64,000 bases of DNA from contig OZ176050.1 of NCBI GenBank assembly GCA_964247055.1, positions 6,634,001 to 6,698,000 on the forward strand, read 5' to 3'. The position numbers and the translations under genes were made by a program. The notes under the pieces were generated by a model. That model was not told the DNA's origin. It saw nothing but the letters and a program-made list of their open reading frames with translations, and made no database searches. Source of the DNA: Paragordius varius. Lineage: Eukaryota; Animalia; Nematomorpha. How positions within the stretch are numbered: the first letter of the stretch is position 1; each line of letters begins with the position of its first letter. Positions 1 to 15,709 of this stretch are shown piece by piece.

Positions 1-2015
1 ATTTCATTCAAAGACTATGGGGTCTGTTTTTTTTTATTCAAAATATGGTTGCTAAGATAACAAAAAATTATCATTTTTTGGTCATCTTTTGTCAGTTCTT
101 TTTTGAAGTAGTATAAAAATGATATATAATTTTATCTCTTGATATTTTTTACTAAGTTTTGTCAGTTAATAAATATTTAACCTTGTTTTAATGAGTGCAA
201 GAGCTATCCAATTTATAGACAACAAAACCGTATAACATAAAGGTTTTTAGTCCATAAAGGATTAATAGTTGTATTATGGAATTACTAACTCTACTCTATG
301 GTGCAAAGAAAAAGTATGTTTTATTCATATAAAGTTTATATATGTTGGATCAAAAATATTTTACTAAAATTTTAATTATGTAATTTGAAACAAAATATTA
401 TATTTTTCACCTTTAACAGTTATTGATACAATTTTCCATAATTGAATTCGCCCTTCAACCCTTGTTAACTAAATCGTTATTATCAATAATTATAGGGTTA
501 ATTTACAATTCTCCACATTTTCCACAAATCAACTACACTTAGAAACAAATTTTTCCTTCACTCAAGTTTTTTATCCTTTCTGATATTACTATCATTTTAA
601 CAGAAAATCAATTAAGAATTCTGATTCTGTAATTTTTATTGATTTTTTATAAGCATCCCTTCTTTATCAAAATTCAAAAATATTTTTATTTAAAATATTA
701 ACAAATGCTCATTTATTCGAAAGAGTTATAAAAACTCTATAAAATGCATACTAATGTTTTACATTAATAGTTGATATTGGAGATGGGAAGCGACAAACCC
801 GCGAAGAACATTTTTGTCAGTAAATTTCTTTCAAAACTATTGGATGTAAATAGCTCAAACTTTGTGCAGATGGTAATGAATGTCTAAAAAAGATAAGACA
901 AAAATGTTTTCCTGATTAAAACACCTATTTATTGCTTTTAAGTCATGCAAAGCAGCATTTCTAATAAAGATGAAGCTTTATAGACGTTTAGACGCTTCAT
1001 AAAGTGACCTTTTACTAATCGAGAATATAAATAAATATAAAAATACTTATCATTTCCACTTTGTTCTCTTGAAAGTTTCTCTTTAATTTAAAATAATTTA
1101 TTCATCAACTAGACAGATGTTTCAGAACCTGCATATTTTCCAGTTGTCCTAAAAATGGACATTTGTCATATGTTATATGAAGGTCAAATATTAAATTTGG
1201 AAACACGACTGAATCAGATATCATCACATATGATTACTTTATTGAAAGTTTCAAAACCCGAAAAAGAATTAACATAGGGAAAGCTTAGGGAAAAAATCTA
1301 TTATATTTAAAATAATATCTTCAACGTTGTTTAGCAATATAGTTCTTGCATCAACCAAAATTTCAAGGTATTCTTTGCAAACATATAATTCAGGACCTTT
1401 TTTGCCTAACAATAAGAATTCTTTAATCCACATTCAAGACATCAAATTCATAAAAACATTGAGACCCCAAATATAATAAACATTATTATAAACAATCGAT
1501 TGTTCATATAATTAAAAATGATTTATTCTAATTTAATTTAATTGAATAGGTTGGATTAAAAATTTAAACTATACCTTTTCTTATTAAGATATAAATTAAC
1601 TTTAAATAATTATGAGTATACTCCTAGGATATTGTTTTTTGAGAACACAATTATATATCTCATTTTTTTATTTTTATAATATAGATTATTAATTGGAAGC
1701 TCATTCAAAATTCACATATTTAGGAAAAGGAATGTAATTATTGAAATTTGAATTAAATATAGCGCAGGGATATTTTTCATTATATATCCTAATGTGATGA
1801 ATCTCTGATTATTTTAAAATTTTATAATTATTCAGATTCTGAAAAATGGCAATTCTTTTGAAATATAACTAATTTTCTAATAAATTGGTTTATACATTTG
1901 GAGTTAACCATAAAATATAGGTAAAAACATAATTGGAAAAATTTAAAATGTGAATAGGTATTGGGAATCTAAAAATTGATATCTTTAGCTTTTTAGGTGC
2001 ATGTTTCAGAAAAAA

Positions 2016-3438
2016 TTTTTAAAAAAATGGAAAGTGGTGGCTTTTTGATCTGTTTCCGGAAAACCGGTAGACCCATTCAAATCTATATGTCGAAAAAATA
2101 TAACCATTAATGAATGCTCCGATAATAGCTTCGTCCTTTTTTGAATTAGGCCCCCAGTTAGGGTCCACCCCGTGTAAAAAACAGGTTTTTTTGAAAACAC
2201 AAGTCCACAAAAATCGTGATATGAGACAATTTTCCGGAGAACGTGTTGGACCATTCGATTTCAAATATGATTTTTGTTTACTTATTTTTTGCGCCGAGCA
2301 TAGTCGGCCAGCTTTTTTAATTTAGGCCCTTTTTTTACCCGCTCCGCCCGTAAAATGTTACTTTTCAAAATTAAGTCCACAAAATTTTTTGAATCTATTT
2401 TTCGCCCAAGCTATGAGATCATAAAAATTCAATGAGGATTCCAGGTATTGCTTGTTAAACGGGAAAAATTTTTCGTCTGCGTTTTTTTATATTGGCCGCT
2501 GGGTAAGGAAATACCCACTAAAAATGCCCCGTCGTATCAAAATAGCATGCCTTTGGGGCTAGATTTCAGAATACCTATCAGGCCATATGAGTTCAATAGC
2601 TGCTTAAAATAATACCCGTAAAAAGGCAAAAATTTAGATCATGCTGTTTTTTTTAATTAGCCGTTAATTAGGCCCTACAAGCCCTGAAAAATGCGTCACC
2701 ATAGAATGATTATTCAGTTTTGAGACAATTTTCTAAAAACTAATGAGAGCATATGGAATCAATCATGATTCCGGTATTCTCCATAAAAAGGCAAAAATTT
2801 TAGTCGTACGTTTTTTTATATTGGTTGCTGGGTACGGGGCTACCCGGGTAAAAATGCGTCACTATATCGATACAACATGCCTTTGGAACCAAATTTCAGA
2901 AAACCTATGAAAGTATGTGAGTTTAATAAGCGCCTAAAATATTTATTACCATATAACGATTATTTAGTGTTTTGGTATTTTACGAAAGAGCCATGAGACG
3001 ATGGTCTCTGAGATGATTCCAAATTTCCCTATAAAGGCAAAAAAATTAACTTAGCGCTTTTTCCATATAGGCCTATGGGTAGGTTTACCGGTTTAAAACT
3101 GAAACACCATGCAAAAATGGCGTGGCTTTGGAGCTGATCTTCAAAAAACTTAAGAAGCCATACGAGATTGATAAAGGCTTTTTACCCATTAAAAGGTTAA
3201 AATTATAGTATAGCGGTTTTTTCCGTTAGCCGTATTTGTCGCCTTTACACCAGTAAACAATATATTAGTATAAATGCACCGTTTTGAGAATCCTATGAGA
3301 TCATAGCTATCAAATAATGTTTCGAAATAATCCACTTATATGGATCATTTTATTGATCCCTTTTTTCAAATAGCCCCCCTCCCCCCAGAAGTTCGCCGGA
3401 ATTCCTCACGCTGCATAGCAGCACGAAATTTACGCTAG
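2016..3438 (+). mobile_element. Non-autonomous Helitron-like element, copy 1 (5' end degenerate, boundary approximate)
   Basis: Shares ~450 bp of 5' sequence with 10805-11282 and with the reverse complement of 37900-38351. The 3' end has a GCTGC-ATA-GCAGC hairpin, 12 nt, then CTAG (3435-3438) followed by T, which is the canonical Helitron 3' terminus. Contains about 3-4 internal ~160-bp repeat monomers. Confidence 0.75.
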
Positions 3439-5440
3439 TATTGTAAAAAAATCTACATCTCAAACTTTTTGCCATTATTATTTCTTTAAATTTAATAAAA
3501 TCGCTAATCCAACCAAATGTATTTTATGTTCAGAAAGTATAAATTTAGCTTAAAGATTCAGTAACATTTTACAGGTAAATACATGATTATTAATATTAAA
3601 ACCAGCTGTTTATTTCAAACGTATTTTAGAGCTTTAAATTGAAACTAGAGATGTTAGAAATACATTTTTTTATCTAAAAGAGAACATTGATAATAAAATT
3701 TTTAAAAAATTCAAAACAGTAGTTTATTTAAAAGTTTAAGCTCTGGGATACAAAACCGAAAATTAATCCTCTAAATAAAAAGATAATGTGTTAAATTTAG
3801 ATATTTTGAGTGACAGCAATGTAAAAATTAATATTTTTAATTAAAATACATAAACTACTGTAAATCTTTTATTAATGGTGAAAAAAATCCAAACATATAA
3901 CTTATATTTCTTGAAATATATGATTGAACTTGTTTAGAGCTCATAACAATTACCATAATGAACTTGATTATCAAATTTTTGTAAAAATATTTATCAAAAA
4001 AATTATTTATTATTCACTCTCTCGAATATCGCTATAAATCATGTGTTTCATACCACGAAATTTACGATTCTCATATTGTAAAAGATAAAGTTATTGAAAA
4101 CAAACGTTTTTTATTTAATTTTTATAAAACACTAATTTAACCCACAAAATTTAAAATTATATGGATAAAGAACCAAAAATATTGAGTATATATTAAATAT
4201 TTTAAAGAGAATTTGCCTTAAAGCTCTTTGTATACAGGCGTCATTTTTTAAGAATAAAACAAGGACATAATTACTTGAGCTTAATTTAAAGGGATAGGAT
4301 AATCACTTTTCCGTAGTAAATTTCTAAAAAACTTGACAGTTGTCCTGCTATTTAGAAAATGATATTCATATGCTAAAGAATCATTCTTTCAGACGTAGGT
4401 CACTATTTTAACCCGAAATGGGTACTTAAACTGAGAAAATATAGGATTATCTTGGTGCCTTGGGCCTTACGGGTGATATAAGAAAGTTACCACTTTTGTG
4501 GTAATTATCCAATAATGGCAAATTTTGCCCACATTTTACTAAATAATATTTTTTGGCGAAGATTAAAAGCTGCCTTATACCAAAAAATCTAACTAATATA
4601 ATTATAAACTATGTATAAAGCAAAATATTGTTATAAAATTTTTAATTTCTGAGGTGGCATCCGAAAGACTTGTTAGCTGAGCCAGTTGACTTAAACTAAA
4701 CGCATCCGATATTGCGCAATAAAAATTTTAAATATGTGCTAAATATTTGAAATTAAAAAAGTTTATTTTCGTAAAAATAGATATTTTACGTTAAAATTTA
4801 ATTAACAAAATTTAGGTGAACCGAGATTTAAGATATTTTGAAGCATGGTGGACACGGTAAAAAACACTAATCAAATAAACACTTTTTCTGTATTATTCGA
4901 TTATGTCGAACATTCCAATTACCTCTATTTAAAATTCTTTATCATTAAATTAAAATCTAAATTTGTCGAATCAAAGATCTGAGGTGATAGAAATGTTCAG
5001 CATCAAAGAATTATGTAAAAAAGATGTTATAATTAATATCTTACAGTTGTAGCATGCTTTAACATGATAAAACTCGCTTCACTATTAACCCAAGTTTTCG
5101 GGAATTTCGATTTCAAAATTTTATCATATAATTAAAATATCGGCATTTTTGCGAAAAATTTAAGAAAACTTGCCCAATTTAGACAAAAATTTGAGATTTT
5201 CAGGGCACATATCAAACTTGAAACTTCATAAAAATATTGTTTTGCTTTTTATATGTAGTTTATGATATATTTTAGTAATATTTTTGGGAAAGAATTTGGC
5301 TTTTACCAAAAAATATACTTAGCAAAATGTGCGCAAATTTTGTCATTTTCTGATATGAGGTAGTTAATACAAAAGTCGTAATCACTTTCTTATATTAATA
5401 TCAAAACCAAAAGCATCATGTTATTCTATCTATATATATA

Positions 5441-6478
5441 CACCGTGTGCAAAAAATTTTTAACAAAAAATTTCTTTTTCATGAGATAGCTTATAACCAG
5501 CGCATTCATTTGCCGCAAAAATTTTAAACCTAGTTTTTGAAAAATTGAGAAAAAAATCGAAACAGGGAAAAAGTGAAAATTAAGGTTAATTAAGGATATT
5601 TCAAAAAATTATGTAAAAGATATTATGGTTTATTATCATTTTAGGAGATATTTTCAATATATAAATAGCCTATAATCATATAGTTAGGGTTTCTATAAAA
5701 TTTCATAAAAGATGGCGTTTTTCTTTTGACACAATTAAAAAATTAAATTTGTTATGAAATTATATTAAAATATAATTATTAACTAGCTAAACTCACTATT
5801 AAAATCTTAACATTCATATTTTATTCAGTAAAATAACTTATATTTCAAAATAAAACCAAAAAATATTGTTTTTTTTATTTTTTTGTCTTCTGGTTTGTGA
5901 GTGCATAAAAGGTTTATACTGTTTTATTTTGGAATCTTAGATGAGTGGGAATTATAAAGTATATAATCTATTCAAAATAGCATTTAAAAGTAGTGAAATA
6001 TTAACCAACAATCCGTACAAATCCCAACAAAAATATAAATTTGTCTTAAAACAGACCTTTTACAGAGATTTATGTGGATTGTTGGTTGATATTCCACTAC
6101 TTTTAAATGCTTTGCTTAATTTATATACTTTATGATTTTCACTCCACTCATGTAAGATTTCAAAAAAAGACATAGATTTTTTATACACTCCCAAACCAGA
6201 TGACAAAAAAATGGAAAAATAAAAAGCAATATTTTTTGATTTTATTTTGATATATAAGTTTTTTACTGAATAAAATATGGATGTTAAGATTTTAATAGTG
6301 AGTTTAGCTAAAATAATTAAAAAAAATCATTTGAATTTAGTTTCATAATTTTTTTTGTCTTTTAAGTGTGATAAAAGAAAAACGGTATCTTTTGAGATGA
6401 AATTTTATAGAAACCCTAACCATATGATTTTAGGCTATTTAAATATTGAAAATATCTCCTAAAATGATAATAAACCTA
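5441..6478. mobile_element. Fold-back/palindromic MITE (TA target, CACYGTG terminus), right end truncated
   Basis: Begins TA|CACCGTGTGCAAAAAA. About 5626-6478 is a long imperfect inverted repeat centred near 6050. Same family as 27144-28381. Confidence 0.8.
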
Positions 6479-6723
6479 AGTAAATTTGTTACTTTACATT
6501 TTGTAAAATTATTATAGTCAAATTGATATTTGGTACATTTATTTTGCATCTTTTTATGGCGGACCCCTAATTTTGTTTGAAAGTTTAAATAATAATATCT
6601 CTATTTAAATTTATTTTTTGCGAAGGAACAAACGGAATCCAATTTGGAATTATGAAAAAATTTGATAATCATTTTTACATATTTTTAGAATTAAATTGTT
6701 TTTAGGCTTACGCTTTTATTTAA

Positions 6724-7278
6724 CACTTGGATACAACACATTCATTTCAGTCCTTCGATTCAAATTGGGGTACTTGGATACCCCAGTTTAAAAAATATGG
6801 AAGGAATCGAAACCATGGCAAAATTTTGCAACTATATAACATTAATAAACCGAAATATATAAAAAATTTTATACAAAAATACTTGATATTACTTATTTTA
6901 AGCTACAACCCAAAGGTAAAAATTTCGTCAACATGACATGTGTGAAATGGTAAAATTAAAAAATAATACAAAATAAACCGCTTTTTCTATTTCTATCAAT
7001 GTTAGATGCAATTTAAATAAAAATTTAGCTTTAATTTTACCCTTAAAATTAAATGAAGACGATATTTTGCAAATATTTTGTAAAAAAATGGCCCCGAAGT
7101 AGTTTGACATGGAACTTTTTTTTTCAAAACAAAATTTTATTTAGATATATTGGCATATTTATATTTTTATTAGGATAGAAGCATAAATTAAATTGGGACC
7201 GTTTCCTTCAGTAGTTTTTAAAAATCCTAACTTAAATTTAGTCTGGGGTATTTAGATACCCCAATTTGAACCTAAGTG
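6724..7278. mobile_element. TTAA-target (piggyBac-type) MITE family A
   Basis: Flanked by TTAA on both sides, with CACTT...AAGTG termini and subterminal inverted TTCAAATTGGGGTA...TACCCCAG motifs. An inverted copy lies at 30487-31049. Confidence 0.75.
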
Positions 7279-9028
7279 TTAAAGCTTTATTACCTTTTGT
7301 CCACCGCAAAACTATTTCAAATTTAAATAACTAAAATATTTTTCAGCTTATTTTTATCGAATCCAAAAATATTAGCATTTAAATTATTATGATTTTGTGT
7401 ATTTACAGCAGTTTTTGGTAGGATTAGCTTGTATTTTCTATTGGATATAAAAGATATTATAACATATTAAAAAACAAAATTAAAGTTTTTAGTTAACCAT
7501 ATAAATATTGTCCTAATTATTTTAATACCTGTATGTGTAATATACCATTTACACTCTAATTCACCCTTGAACAATCCAAATTCACCCTAAAAATAAATTA
7601 TGTGTTTTCGGGCTAATATATCATCATCAATATAAATTATTTTTTACAGCATATTTTATTATTTTTTCAATATTTTAAAAACAATAAATGGTATATTAAT
7701 ACTCCATAATTAGGCCTCTCTTCTAAAATGTAAAAGGGAGTGAAGTATTCATTATTATGATTTCGCTTTACTCCAGGAAAACTTAAATGAGATTAGTTCG
7801 TAATTTGTCAAAAATCGATCATAAAAACATAATTTTATTATATCTAAACCTCAATACAATATTGCATTTCCAAATTTAAAATCTCTGTTTTAAAATAAAT
7901 AACAAACAACCCAATGAATTTTTTTAGAGCACCATTGAAAACGTAAATGAACGTATTATAAGAAAATCAATATTCTTTGTTTAACATATTAATTATAGGG
8001 TGGGTGCATTTAATAAATTCATTATTATTCTATAACCCCCATATAAATTTTTATACTATTTTTTTTAAAAAAAAATATGAAATAGTGCTTGTTAATGTAT
8101 AATTTAAGCGTTTTTTTAGAAAAAGATATATACACGATTTTTAAATCCATATTTTTGGATTATACTGAACGAAAAATTGTAAGATTTTCCCCTTATGTAT
8201 CAATAAAATAAAATTATTTTTATGACGTTGTGGAAAAGAAATATTCCATTAATAATTACATACATATAAATATATTTTTTCTCATTAAGATTTTACTCGG
8301 ATTTTTACATTACATTATCAATAAATAAATAATTTATTTATGAGGAGATGCAAAGAGATAAAGTTGGAAATTTGGAACATGGTATATATGTTTTATTTAA
8401 ATCCATGATTGATCCTTTTTGGTATGTGAACGATGATATCTTATTTAATAAGCATATCATAATTTAACAACTTTGCTCCCCTAGCTAATATATCAATTCA
8501 AATTTATATCGGATTATGCAAAAATAATATGGACGGACCTAATAAACCTCAAAAGTATCCAAGAAAATCAATTTAAATCGGAGGATTTCATAAATCATAT
8601 GCAATAATAGTTTATTTATAAAAAATGGCAAAATATGTATAATTATTTTTAATAAAAATTAATTGTTTTTTATACAAGAAGCTACAATAATAATATAATT
8701 AATTATAATATTGATGATGATAATATATTACGATTAAATGTGATAAAAATAATGCATAGAGTTTAAAATTCATTTCAATTTTAAATCACACTATCCGTTT
8801 TTTTCCGAGTAGTCTTGAGATGTCACAGTTTATGTTATTTAATGTGTTGCATTGAAGAAGCGAAAAAATATACACACATTCATCAATCATTTATCCGAAA
8901 TTTTTATATTCCATCATATTTAAATTATTTTATCTTTGCAAACATAGCTTGTTTCAAAAAACCGAGAAAATGTTAACCAGATATTATTGATTAAAAAACT
9001 CAATTTAAATTCGTGTTCCTAACAAGAA

Positions 9029-12000
9029 ATGGGTTGCTTACATTCGGCTCCTGTGAATTCGATCAAGCAACCTCGTCACAAATCTAAGATCAAAATCAAA
9101 AGTAATTTTTATAAAAAACCGATATAATTTAATTTATATTCACTGAGTTTACATTATAAATTTAATTTTCTCTATATGTGAGAACATAACTCTCCCGTAT
9201 AGTCTACTTTTTTGTGCTTCTCTACTTTAAATTTATTGGTGATAAATTACTAAAAATACTGTTACAAAGCTAATTTGCCAAACATTTCGTAACTTTAAAA
9301 TTTTAAAAAATCTACCATTTAAGTTTAATAACATTAATATTACCCAAATATTACTGCAATACTTTTTTGTGTAATGTCAGAAACTCGTTTACAGGTTAAT
9401 ATAGTTGATATTTTAATTAAAGTACTATAAAAAAAATTAAGAAACTACAAATTACATCTAACATACACGGCAGGGCGTCATTTAAACATTTTTATATGTT
9501 TTCCAATAAAAAATTATTTAATTTTCTTCGAATCAAGCTACATATTTTTTTTAAAAAAACACCTCTATTGTTTTAACACTTCATTACCTTTTCACTTTTT
9601 TGCCCTAGTTTACCTTTTGGGGTAGTTTTATATTTTCATCAGAATTTTGTAAATAAACTACATTGTTATTTGATTTAATTTTAATTATCAAACATTGTTC
9701 TATGTATTAATAAAAAGACTAATATTTTCAGTTTTGTGACTTAAGTAGAGTATAAAATTGGGACAGCTCCAAACACGATTAAAACGGATAGCTGATATTA
9801 ATCAAAATATATCAAGTTTTTGCTGGATATAGCCTGGAATATTGTTAAAGTTAACATTTTTTAACCATAATATACATTTATTTGCCGTGCGACGGCGATT
9901 TAAAAATATGGAAAATAAAGTTTGATATTAGGTTTTTTTATAATTTTACATTTTTCTAAAAAAAATTTGCATAATCCGCTTATACGGCTAAAGAAAGCAT
10001 ATTTTCAAATTCGGCTATTCAAATTTCGCTTGAATTATAAAACCCCCCAAAAGGTAATGGTCAAATGAGTTTTTTGCACTGTTAATTGCAAAACATTTCT
10101 TTAATACATTTGTTTTTCCCATATTCAGAATAATTTTCATCCAGATAGACAGTATGCAGATTTATCTTGGTTGGTAATATAGTATAACTTATGATATGAA
10201 ACAAATTTCGCCCATTAAAGAAATAAATTTTATGTTGCAAACAAGGAAAAACTGTTTAATTTCAATCATATAAAGTATTTAGTCATAGGCTACAGTATTG
10301 CTAATTGGCCAAAATAATGTGAATGGGTTAATATAAATGTGCATACTAAAGCCGGTACATAATCAAGATTTTCGGGTGAAAAATTTCCCTAAAATAAAAA
10401 TTTTAGATGATAGATAATTTCTGCATCAAATTGTATGGAAAAAGCATTTATAATATATATAATGGATGTTTTGTATATACACAGCCTCCGCTTTGGTGCA
10501 AATTATCGGAATATTTTTAAATTTTTTTTGAAGCCATTATTATATTGGGTAAGTTCTATATATAGAGTTAATATGATTGTTTTAAAAAAATAAATCTTAC
10601 CGCATATAAATAAGTTTTTTATGATTCGAATTTGACGACAAAGTGCTATTTTTTAGCTAATATTTTAGAAAATATCTGGGACCTCCGAAAAAGTGTAAAA
10701 TCTTTATGATAATATTTTCCGTTTAGTATTGTTCTTATGCTATATTAAAACAAACAAAATTTCGTTGACACCACAGCTATAGTATTTAATTTTATTTGAC
10801 TTAATCTATATATTGATAAAAATGAAAATGCTGGCTTTGTGATCTGTTTCCGTAAAACCGGTGAACCCATTTAAATCCAAATGGAAAAAATATAATAATT
10901 AATGATTGCCCCGACAATAGCTTTGCCCTTTTTGAGTTAGGCCCCCAGTTCGGGCCCGTGTAAAAAACGGGTTTTTTGAGAACAGAAGTCCGCAAAAATC
11001 GTGTCTTTGAGCAATTTTCCGGAAAACGTGTTCAATTTCAAATATGATTTTTTTACTTTTCTCAATTACGCCGAACATAGTCGGCTCCCATTTTTAATTT
11101 AGGCCCTCTTTTTACCCGCTCTCCTCGTAAAATGCCATTATTTTCAAAAAAGTCCACAAAAATAATTTTTTGAAACTAATTTTCGCCCAAAGTATAAGAC
11201 CGTAAAAATTTAATGAGGATTCCAGGTACTCCCTGTTAAAAGGCAAAAATATTAGTCGTGCGTTTTTTTATATTGGCTACTGATATGATTTAAACAATTA
11301 TTTTTGATCCCTATTTTTTGCCGCTCAGAGAAACAAATTCTATCTACAGTATGTACTTAAAAGTGCAATATACATGTTTGTTAAAATAATTTAAATTAAA
11401 TTTATTAATGCGCTGATTACTGTCTTGATAAATCGACTCTCTATTTATTGTACCATTTATTCAAACTTAATTAGATGTGAACAATAAAAATAAATGTCTA
11501 AGGAAAAACAGAATAATTATTTAAAAAGCCTTTATTTTTTATATATATGCTATAGATATAGAAGATAAGTTTATGGAAGGGGTTAAAATTAATTTTTTCA
11601 TAAATATAATGATTTCGCCATTATTCGGTACGGTAAAATAATAATATACTTATGTAACGTTTCTATTTCTTTATAAAATTATTTTTTGGTCCATTTTCAG
11701 GTCCAAATTTAACTTTACTATAATATCACTATTTCTTCAATGTGTTATCTTCGTAAATATATGCATGGATGATTTTTAAAAACATTGGTTCCAACGTTTA
11801 TGATTATTTATATCTCTTATTTTTTTCAAACATAGTTGTTTGGGGCACATTTTTAATTTTTGAAAATGTTAGCGGTATGGTGACATATATTTTACATTAT
11901 TTTAGTGATCAAGGGATAAAAAATTCTATGCAATGGCTGTTTTTAATTTTAAGATAAATTCCTATATTATGCTAAATTTCGAAATTATTATGTATCAAAT

Positions 12001-13587
12001 TGGTCTACAGATTCTAAATGCACAAAACAGCATTTTTATATAAATGAATAATAATTTATAATCCCTATTTTATCGATATTTTTAACATAGATTGTTAAGT
12101 TTTTGGTATACTTAAAACAAATGTCTTAAAAAATTATTTCCAGTTTTAGTCTAACACCTTAAAATATGCCATTGTTAAGGGATTTAGGGATTATCATTTG
12201 TTTCATTTGCATATTAATAGGAAATTTGTACAATAATATATTTTTAGATTTTTCAATTAAATATTAGAAGTGCCATGAATGTAAATGTAAGCGTCATTAA
12301 TGGTTTAATGCATAATGATAAATATAATTTTAAAACCAAATAATACTTATAATTCTTTGTAATGTATTTTATGCACTTAGCAGAACAATTTTTTTAACCC
12401 ACCTCCCCTCTATTCACCATCAAAGTATTAAGTCAAATTTTAACGTCTTTTTCAAAAAATCTATGACACCTAAAATCCCCTATATGTGTTAAACGTCAGA
12501 AAAGCAAAAAGATGCAAAAAATGCACCAATCAATTTTATAATTACTTATGTCTCAAACATGGAACATTCCTCAAAGAATTATCAATTGATAAAAGATTCT
12601 ATAGATTTTAAAACTAAAATTTTCCGATATATGTGGTTTTTTAAAAAGGTTCAAAGCCAAATTACGCTTGATATAAACTATTTTTTATATGGTTAACACT
12701 TTTTACCTTTTGGGGTATTTTTGTACTCCCATAGCGATTATAAAATCGCATGTGTATTTAAGATATATTGGGACAAATTCAATATGTCTTCTTTGACATT
12801 TTAGCGTATGATTTAACAAAAATGTAATATGAACAAATCATCATCTCCAACTCTTTTGCCGCCATTTTTTTCTTAAGATTTTTTAAATCGCTACAACAGG
12901 CAAATTGATTGTTTGGGTTCTGGAGGTATCCCGATTTCGTACCTTGATTGGAAAACTGTAGAATTTTTTATCTAATATGGTACAACGATGTTTGTTTATT
13001 AAATCTAACCATATCAATGTTTAAAACGGTAGTTTATTTGAAAAATTAAGCTGTGGGTTACAAAATCCCCGTACTTGTCTGAAAAATAATAGGTAATTAA
13101 GTGAATGTAAATGTTTAATCAATATATTTTAGCATGGACGAAAAATATTTATTTGATAAAAAACATTTATTATATAATTTAAAGATTGTAAAATTTTGAG
13201 CTTTATAAACATTTTATACTAATTTTTATATAGTTATAAAAATATTTGTTTAAAAAACAGCAGCTATTGCAAATATATTTAAGCCCTGATTGCTTCGAAT
13301 GCAACGTGATCCCCGATTTGCCCCTAGTAAACCGTTTATGTTCTCGGTTGTAGGCTGTATATTGTAGTTTTTTAATACCAGTTTTGGTTTTACAAGAAAT
13401 TCGGTTTCACTCCTAATTTTATTGATTTTTGGTTTAATATTTTTGTTTGTACATAGCTTTACAAAACAATTAAACTCCTTGAAGAATTGTATGCCATTTT
13501 TTTAAAATTAAAACGCTTAATTATATTATGAAGAGTACATTTTGTAGTGATATTTGTTACAGAGGCTTATATCAATAATTTGATATC

Positions 13588-13627
<40 letters not shown>

Positions 13628-15675
13628 ATTTGCACTTCAAGGGTGTCCTGAACATTTGAAGTTGGTCCTTATAAATTTAGATTTAAACATATTTTTGCAT
13701 GTATTCTTTAATTTTATTATTTTTAACCTTATTTCTTAATTTATTATATATTTATTTATTTAAAAATAAAATTTTTTATTCAAAAACCACTTTTTTGTTT
13801 CAAACTAATTTTTTCCAAATTAAAATTATGTTTTTAATGAAAATTGGAAATAATAATACAGGAAACTTATATATTTTTTAATTACATGTTAAATCTTATA
13901 AATATTCAAAGTTTAATAAATTAATAAAGATATACGGTTTCTGAATGATCTATGAAGGTGATTTAAAGTTCGTGTTAAATAAAGGAAATAGGTTAAAAAT
14001 GATATAATATATGAGTAATGCACGATTTGGATAAAAATTAAAATAAAAAAGTTAAAGGACCAACTTGAACTGTTCAAGGACACTTTTAAAGCGCAAATGG
14101 TTTATTTATTCAGAAACTTCAATATTCAACAATTTATGATTTTAAATGCTAAATTCAGATATCTCTTAAAACCATTCGTTACAAACAGCTCATTTAAAAA
14201 TGATTTATTACCGTAAATTCGGTATTAAAACATAACTAAATGCATATAAAGCATTAAAATTTACATTTTAATCATCCTATGTTTTAAAATAAGAATGTAG
14301 TGTAATTTATTCCAGAAAACTTTTTGCGGCGGAAAATTTGAGATTAGGAATTTATAACCATTTGCAGAGGCGTAGTTAGAGGGGAAAAAGGGGGATGAGC
14401 GCCGGGTGTGATGATTAAGGGGGCGCCGAATTTTATTTTTTTTTAATTTTAGTTTAAAAAAATTTATAGTAAAAAGTTATGTTAGATACAAAGAAATCAC
14501 CCATTAATAAGTAGTCATGGCCACGGTTTGTATTTGATTATTTTTTGAAAATGCAAGGGGTCGCATGGAGGGGTAGGGAGGGCCATGACGGATTCATGCA
14601 CTAAGCGCCAGTAATGCAAGCTACGCCTCTTAATGCGAAAAGACAGAATACAAATTTTAGGCTCAATTAGACATTTTTTAAGATATTTAATCGCTATGGA
14701 GTAGAAAACGACCCTAAAAGAATAAAATTTATTTTTAATAATATATTTTATATTTTCTTACATTTTAAATCTAAAAATTATTTTAAATTATTGTTTTTGG
14801 ATCCTTATAAGAGCTCTGACACAAATTAGTACTAAGACTTCAATTAAAACGGGATTCATGTAGATTTGCATAAGCTAAGTAGTTTGTAAAGCTGTTTATT
14901 TCTTTTTAAAAACTTAGAGTTATATGGGGGTCTACCATATATAGTGAACGCATTATAGGTTTCATTAAAACTTTATTAAGTTCTCATAATAGACGCTTCG
15001 ATTTCTAACCTTTCTTGCTGCATATATTTTACTCCTGATAAGATACAAATTTAGCCATATAAAATATTCCAGAATTATAAAGAACAAAATATCAATAACA
15101 TCCCTTTTAAAATATATATTTTCTTCTATTTATGGCGAAACTTATACAAACAAAAACGTTTATTTATGATTTTTAGTTACAGAAGCAACAAGCCTCAGTA
15201 GCGGAAGCGAAGAATGGCAAAACACATACCAACAAATACAGGCCGCAGCTGCCAACAAACTAATCGATATGCCAAACAAAACAATTATTGCATTACCAAA
15301 TCTTCCAAATGTGAATGAAGGTAATTTCAATTTATATTGAAAAATTATTTTAGCTTTATGATTTTGAGCACTTGTATATAAGATGAATTTTTAAGGGTGA
15401 TTAAAATATATAAAGGTTATTTCTAATAAAAAGGCTAAATTAAAGGGTCAGGTGTCCGAAATGAATTTGAAAAAGGAATGGCAGTGGCGTACTCACCATT
15501 ATACGGCACATCTATTATGTGTCTCAGATTAAGGCCTTTGGTGCATAAACCCATTTATAATGCTTGAATAAAAAGTTTTATATGCAATTATTATGGTCTG
15601 CGAATAGAATTTTTACAATAATGTTTAGGTTATTGGGCCTGACCGTATTTAATTCATAACCGATTAGAATTTAAT

Positions 15676-15709
<34 letters not shown>

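Noticed and set aside
1113-1277. 54-codon open segment after an AG (TDVSEPAYFPVVLKMDICHML...), possibly a terminal exon of a gene outside the window
   Set aside because: No recognisable family and no upstream exon can be linked, so it is unsupported.
2006-2325. Overlapping 71-82-aa ORFs on both strands (similar ones at 10801-10995 and 36252-37410)
   Set aside because: They lie within the non-coding Helitron repeat and show no protein motifs; the frames are not conserved between copies.
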